DNA from: Somniosus microcephalus
Lineage: Eukaryota
NCBI GenBank assembly: GCA_052327205.1
Contig: CM126210.1
Coordinates: forward strand, 60,450,001-60,514,000
Length of the DNA: 64,000 nucleotides
Direction of reading: 5' to 3'
The notes under the pieces are model-generated. The model was given only the letters and a program-made list of their open reading frames with translations. It was not told the origin of the DNA and made no database searches. Position 1 is the first letter of the stretch. Every line of letters begins with the position of its first letter. The position numbers were made by a program, and so were the translations under genes. Positions 57,070 to 64,000 of the stretch are shown here, one piece after another.

Positions 57070-60000
57070 ACATAAGAACATAAGAAATAGGAGCAGGAGT
57101 AGGCCATTCGGCCCTTCGAGCCTGCTCCGCCATTCAATGAGATCATGGCTGATCTACTGCCTCAACTTCATTCATCGGTCTTATCGCCATATCCTTTGAT
57201 GCCCTTACTAGTCAGAAATCTATCGACTTCTGTCTTGAATATACCCAATGACTGAGCCTCCACAGCCCTCTGGGGTAGAGAATTCCAAAGATTCACCACT
57301 CTCTGTGTGAAGAAATTTCTTCTCATCTCAGTCCTGAATGGCCTACCCTTTATCCTGAGGCTGTGGCCCCTGGTTCTAGACTCCCCAGCCAAGACAAACA
57401 TTCTCCCAGCATCCATCCTATCAAAACCCTGTAATAATTTTGTATGCTTCAGTGAGGTCCCCTCTCATTCTTCTGAATTCAAGAGAATACAGGCCTAGTT
57501 TACTCAATCTCTTCTCATATGACAGTGCCGCCATCCCAGGAATCAATCTCGTGAACCTTTGTTGCACTCCCTTTATGGCAAGTATATCCTTCCTTAGGTA
57601 AGGAGACCAAAATTGTACACAGTACTCCAAGTGTGGTCTCACCAAGGCCCTATATAATTGGAGTAAGACTTCTTTACTCCTGTACTCAAAACCTCTTGTA
57701 ATGAAGGCCAGCATACCATTTGCCTTCCTAATGGCTTATTGCACCTGCACATTCACTTTCAGTGACTCATGTACAAGGACACCCAGGTCCCTTTGAGCAT
57801 CTGCATTCCCCAATCTTTCACCATTTAGGAAATACTCTGCCTTTCTGTTTTTTCTACCAAAGTGGATAACTTCACATTTATCCACATTATATTCCATCTG
57901 CCATGTTCTCGCCCACTCACTGAGCCTGTCGAGATCCCCTTGAAGCCTCTTAACATCCTCTTCGCAACTGACACTGCCAACTAGCTTTGTATCATCAGCA
58001 AATTTGGAAATGTTACATTTAGTCCCCTCATCCAAATCATTGATATAGATTGTGAATAGCTGGGGCCCAAGCACCGATCCTGCGGTACCCCACTAGTCAT
58101 AGCCTGCCATCCTGAAAAAGACCCATTTGTCCCAACTCTTTGTTTTCTGTCTGTTAACCAATTCTCAATCCATGCTAGTATATTACCCCCAATTCCATGT
58201 GCCCTAATTTTGTTCCCCTTGTGTGGGAACTTATCAAAGGCCTTCTGAAAATCCAGATACACCACATCTACCGGTTCCCCTTTGTCTACTCCACTAGTTA
58301 GATCCTCAAAGAACTCCAATAGATTTGTCAAACAGGATTTCCCTTTCATAAATCCATGTTGACTCTGCCCAATCTTACTATTAGTTTCTAAGTGCCCAGT
58401 TATTGCATTCTTTATAATAGATTCCAGCATTTTCCCAACTACTGATGTGAGGCTTACAGGTCTGTAGTTCCCCATGTTCTCTCTCCCTCCTTTCTTAATT
58501 AGCGGGGTTACATTTGCTGTCCTCCAATCTGCAGGAACCATTCCAGAATCTATAGGATTTTGGAAGATGACAACCAATGCGTCCACTATTCCAATGGCCA
58601 CCCCTTTCAAACCCCTAGGATGTAGGTCATCCGGTCCTTGGGATTTATCGACTTTTAGTCCCATTAATTTTGCTAGTACTGTTTTTTTACTAATAATAAT
58701 TTCTTTAAGTTCCTCATTCTCGTCACACCCTTGGTTTTCTCGTATTTCTGGGAGGTTTTTTGTGTCTTCCTCTGTGAAGACAGAAACAAAGTATTTATTT
58801 AATTTCTCTGCCATTTCCTCATTCCCCATTATAAGTTCTCCCATCTCTGACTGTAAAGGACCTACATTTACTTTCGCCAGTCTTTTCCTTTTCACATACC
58901 TATAGAAGCTTTTACAATCCGTTTTTATATTTTTCGCTAGTTTGTGCTCATATTCCATTTTCCCTTTCTTTATCAATTTCTTGGTCCCCCTTTGCTGATT
59001 TCTAAAAGGATCCAAATCCTCAGGCTGACCGCTTTTTCTGGCAACTTTATAAGCTTCCTTCTTTGACTTAATACTTGCTTTAATTTCTTTTGTTAGCCAT
59101 GGTTGGATCACTTTTCCTTTTGGGTTTTTATGCCCGAGAGGAATACATGTTTGTTGCAAATTATGCATTGTTTCCTTGAATGTTAGCCATTGTATGTCCA
59201 CCTTCATACCTTTTAGTGTAGTCTCCCAATCTACTATGGCCAACTTGTCCCTCATACCCTTGTAGTTTCCTCTGTTTAGATTGAAGACCTTAGTTTCAGA
59301 TTGGACTACATTACTCTCAAACTTAATATAAAATTCAATCATATTATGGTCACTTGTCCCTAAAGGCCCCTTTACCACAAGATTATTGATTAGCCCTTTC
59401 TCATTACACAGTACCAGATCCAGAATAGCCTGTTCCCTGGTTGGTTCCTCCACATACTGATCCAGGAAACCATCTCGCATGCATTCCAAGATTTCGACCT
59501 TCACACCATTAGTGGTAATTTGATTTGACCAGTCAATATGTAGATTAAAGTCCCCCATGATTACCGTATTGCCCTTGTTACATGCACTTCTAATCTCTTG
59601 ATTGATACTGTGCCCTACATTACCATTACTGTTTGGTGGCCTATACACAACTCCCACCAATGTTTTCCACCCTTTGTTGTTTCTTAGCTCCACCCAAGCT
59701 GATTCCAGTTCTACATCACGATCTGCCGAGCCAAGATCTTTTATCTCTAACGTACTGATCTCATCCCTTATTAACAGCGCTACGCCACCTCCTTTTCCTT
59801 TTTGTCTGTCCTTCCTAAATGTTGAGTACCCTGGAACATTCAGATCCCAGCTTTGGTTACCCTGCAACCATGTCTCTGTAATGACAATTACATCATACCC
59901 ATTTACTTCTATTAGTGCCATTAATTCATCCACCTTGTTGCGAATGCTACGTGCATTTAGATAAAGTGCCTTCAACTTTGCCTGTTTAATATTTTTCTGC

Positions 60001-61430
60001 ACTTTGACCCTCTTTACTGTTGGCCTTTGTTTCTGCTCCCTACTAGTTTTGCTGACTAATTTTCTAACTTGCACTTCCAGCTTTGTTTCTCTCCATTCTG
60101 GGCCCACACTTAGGTTCCCAGCCCCCTGACAAACTAGTTTAAATCCTGCCCAACAGCACTAGCAAACCCCCCTGCGAGGATGTTGGTCCCGTTTCTGCCG
60201 GAGGTGTAACCCATCCAGCTTGTACAGGTCCCACCTTCCCCAGAATCGGTCCCAATGCCTCAGGAATTTAAATCCCTCCCTCCTACACCATCGCTCCAGC
60301 CACACATTCATCTGGTCTATTCTCCTATTTCTGCTCTTGCTAGCATGTGGCACTGGGAGTAATCCTGAGATTACTACCTTTGAGGTTCTGCTTTTTCATT
60401 TATTTCCTAGCTCCCTACATTCTGCTTGCAGGACCTCGTCCCTCTTTCTACCTATGTCGTTGGTACCGATATGGACCACGACCTCTGGCTGTTCACCCTC
60501 CCCCTTCAGAATATCCTGCAGCTGCTCAGTGACATCCTTGACCCTGGCACCAGGGAGGCAACATACCATCCTGAAGTCACGTCTGCGGCCACAGAAATGT
60601 CTATCTGTTCCCCTTATGATAGAATCCCCTATCACTATTGCTCTCCCACTCTTTTTCCTCCCCTCCTGTGCAGCTGAGCCACTAGTAGTGCCATGGACTT
60701 GGCTCTTGCTGCATTCCCCTGAGAAACCATCTCCCCCAGCAGTATCCAAAATGGAAAATCTGTTGGAGAGGGAGATGGACCCAGGGGACTCCTGCACTAT
60801 CTTCCTAGTTCTTTTACTCTGTCTGGCGGTCACCCATTCCCTGTCTGCCTGTGCACTCTTTACCTGCGGTGTGACCGCCTCATTAAACGTGCTATCCACG
60901 AAGATCTCAGCCTCGCGGATGCTCCACAGTGACTCCAGCCGCAGCTCCAGCTCCGAAACACGGATTTCGAGTAGCTGCAGCTGGAGACACTTCCTGCACA
61001 CGTGTTCGCCCTGGACACCGAAAGTGTCCCTGACTTCCCACATAGCACAGGAGGAGCACTCCACACTGCTGAGCTGCCCTGCCATGTCCTACCCTTAATT
61101 TACTCCCTTTACTTCCTTTAAATTAAATAATATTAAATACACTAGGGACCTTACTTCACTTTAAACACTACTTACTCTAAACTAGAGACCTTACTTTTAC
61201 TTTAACAACTGGACTGTAGAAATACTCACCAGGTCCTACTTACCAATCAGCTCCTTCCCTTGTGCCGACGACACTTTTAATCTCTAACATCACTTTCGAA
61301 TGTTGCCTGTTGAGGTCCGCTCTCACTGCTGCTCCCAATAGCTCGGTCTGGGCCTCGAGCTTTATTTCCTCGCTCCTCCTTCGCCTGTTCCCTCACAGGT
61401 CGGTCCACTCTCACTGCTGCTCCCAATATC
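57070..61430 (-). mobile_element. Near full-length CR1 LINE (ORF1 + ORF2)
   Basis: ORF1 61085-60159 (CxxC..CxxC zipper + GDS SGNH esterase-like, one stop). ORF2 60107-57168 (NARSI, TETWL, GDFN, SDH, RT motifs; several frameshifts). Tail ttcttatgttcttatg. Confidence 0.96.
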
Positions 61431-62699
61431 ACCTGTTCCAATGTACCTATTCATGCCCCACGTTTTCAGTCACCTCCCCATCCCTTCAGTCACCGACTCT
61501 AACTCTTTTTCTAATCCCTGCTCAGTGTCAGTCTCACCCCCCGCCTCCCTCCATGGCTTCAGTCACCTCCCTAATCTTTGGGACGTCCTGAGGTCATGAA
61601 GGGCATTGTATAAATGCAAGTCTTTCTTTTTGCTTTGCTGATTAATTGGATAGCTCTTTCAAAGAGCTGGTGCAGGTATGATGGGCCGAATGGCCTCCTG
61701 TGCTGTATCATTCTATGATTCTCCTAGACCCTGCTCAGTGTCAGTCTCACCACCCCCTCCACACCTTCAATCATCTCCTCTAACTCCTAGCTCCTGCTCA
61801 GACAGTCTCCCTCATTGCCCCAGCTGTGAAGTGCCGAAGGACGTTTTGCTATATTAAAGGTAAGTGCAAGTTATTGTTGAATCAAGTAACTTCCAATTGA
61901 ATCAGGGAGGAAATGATTTGTGCAATTACAAGAGAAACGAGGGATGAGTTAAGACTTGTAAAATGGCAGAGAAGGGCACAGTCAATGATAGGCTGCAATC
62001 CTTCAGCAGAAGATAATGAATTTTTGAGAGCTTATGCGAAGTCTATGAGACTGGGCAAGGAAAAAAACGGAACTAGAATGATTAGCCAAATTTATTTACC
62101 GGCCCACTCTAGTACTGGTATATTTACTTATTTATTTATCCAGCTGTGCTGATTAAGAAATCGTTGCTTATTTTTGTTATCCAGTACATTCCTTGGTGTA
62201 GTGTGACACAGGCCAGATACAGCTTCCTCCTGTGTTGCTCATACAAGGTACCTCATCCTCAACCTTAGGCAAGAACAATCTACTGTTCCCATGTAACATC
62301 TCCAATTCCCTCACATCTGTCTTTGTGGTCTCTCATTTGGAGAATGGCAATTACACGTGAATTCCTGTGGGTACTTTTCGGCTACAGCCTGCCTGAACTT
62401 ATTCCTGTTGGGATTTTTAACATACAAGGGGCAGAGAGAATAAAAGAGACAAACACAGAGATGTGGCAAGAGATAGAAAGGCACACATGATACAGGGACA
62501 GAGGTGGTGAAAGTGGTCTATGCTGATAGTGAATTTGCAGCCCAGTTTACACTGTGCCTGAAGTCAATGGAAAAGGAAATCAGGCACAGTGTAAAATGGG
62601 AGGCCAATTCAGCCCATTCCGTGCTACTGGCGTGGACTAATTTCACCCACAAAGACCCCAAATTTCCTTGGGGCTGGTGGGGACCTCGCAATGTCACTG

Positions 62700-63910
62700 C
62701 AGTGGTACATGCGCCCACCAGTGACATGTGCTGCTGCCCCAACCTAACATCATTGTGCTTCTCTAAGAGATTCAGAAGAAGCAGTGGTGTTTCCAGAGAG
62801 GTCCGTCTCCCAGGAGGTGCGGCAGATGACAGGGGTTGCGGTGAAGTCCACTACCGACATAAACAGCAACGCCAGGGATGCAGACTTTGCTGTAGACTTA
62901 ATCTAGGATAAGTTGATGTTTGCTCCTTGGAAGCACAGACTGCAGCCCTGGAAGCCCAGGGGCAGGCTTTACAGAGCGCTGAATTCTGGTCTTTAGATTT
63001 CCCATCTCGCTGATGAGTGGCCATCTTGAATCTGGGCCCAGGATAGCAGCATATGCCAGGCTTCTGGATTAGCCCCTCATGGGCCTAGTCAAAGAGTACG
63101 TAGGAGGCAGGACCAGCCTGGCCAGACAGTCACATGAGAGATGCAGCCCACAGCAGGCTATTCCCAAGACTCAGCTATCATGAGATGAGGTTTCACCTCA
63201 GTCCCAAAGGGCTCTTGTTCCAAGCATGGGGCCAACCACCTCTCATGACACTGGCCCTCAGGTTGCACCTAGAATAAGCACAAGTACAGGCCATAGGAAA
63301 GCATGTCTAGGCACTCAGGGGAAGTACGGTGAGTAGGAGTAGGGCCTTATATGACACGAGTACTCAATAATCATAATAAAACACATGGTAATGTTTTCAC
63401 TTGCTCGTTTATTTAATGAAGACATTTGGCTAAATAAGGTCTGGTTGGGGTGAAGTGTTTAGGGTTGTTAGTGAGACCCAATGACAGATGATTTCACATA
63501 GAAGGCTTGGAGAAGCCGTGAAGGCTGGGGAGCTGTTATGATGGATGTGTAGTCAGGGGACTGCTGTTAATCCTTTGAGAATGTCTTACTAATCGTCGAC
63601 GTATGAATTTCCCTGGCACCTGAGACTGTAGCCTCCTCTGAGTCAGGATTACTGGAGTCAGTAGTGAATTTGGGGCAGGGAGGGAGAGTGAGTCGTCTAA
63701 AAGGTAGAGAGTTTTTGGGTCAGTGAATATTTGGAAGCATTGGAGCATTGAAAGGCTAAACAAGCAGTGTGAAGGGTGGGCCCTGGGCACTTGGGGAAAG
63801 TGAATAATCACAGGGCAGTAACATTGATGAGACAATGGACATGTGTACTGCAGAGATGGAGGAATATTACAATTTTGCTCACATCTTGGACCTAGATGCA
63901 TAGGTAGCAC
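62700..63910. mobile_element. Possible highly degenerate Harbinger remnant (convergent gene ends)
   Basis: + strand PQVAPRIST resembles the Myb-gene end at about 43630. Opposed polyA signals at about 63376 (+) and 63408 (-). Confidence 0.3.
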
Positions 63911-64000
63911 AGCTATGTTTAATTAGAAAAATTATATTTTTTAACTTTAACAAAATAAAGATAATGATGATCAATGAGAAACTTCCAAAATTCAATTGAT

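Noticed and set aside
60220-61098. Long + strand ORF of 292 aa (also 49145..49867 and 878..1237)
   Set aside because: Antisense or alternate-frame shadows of retroelement ORFs.

Overview
Eukaryotic, repeat-rich vertebrate DNA, most likely from a cartilaginous fish (inferred from DeuSINE/SacSINE1-type SINEs and abundant CR1 and Penelope elements). There are two host genes, tail-to-tail. Prepronociceptin/proorphanin (PNOC, + strand) has coding exons 3093-3218 and 6432-7004, giving 232 aa with two YGGFM opioid cores. FBXO16 (- strand) has six coding exons between 52674 and 27601; its canonical 5' exons were not identified in the window. No ZNF395 exons were recognised between the two genes. The remainder is mostly transposable elements: two Penelope-like retroelements with inverted ends and minimal hammerhead ribozymes, a full-length two-gene PIF/Harbinger transposon with nested insertions, a near full-length CR1, hAT/Tigger/Harbinger non-autonomous elements, a solo LTR, many SINEs and several minisatellites. 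The most unusual observation is a single-ORF APE-RT LINE with a tRNA-type A/B-box head. By manual scan it has no TTTT on its sense strand over about 3.1 kb and ends in a T6 run, so it is a candidate RNA polymerase III-transcribed autonomous retrotransposon. A second partial copy and a matching short SINE are also present. All calls were made by eye; no searches were run.
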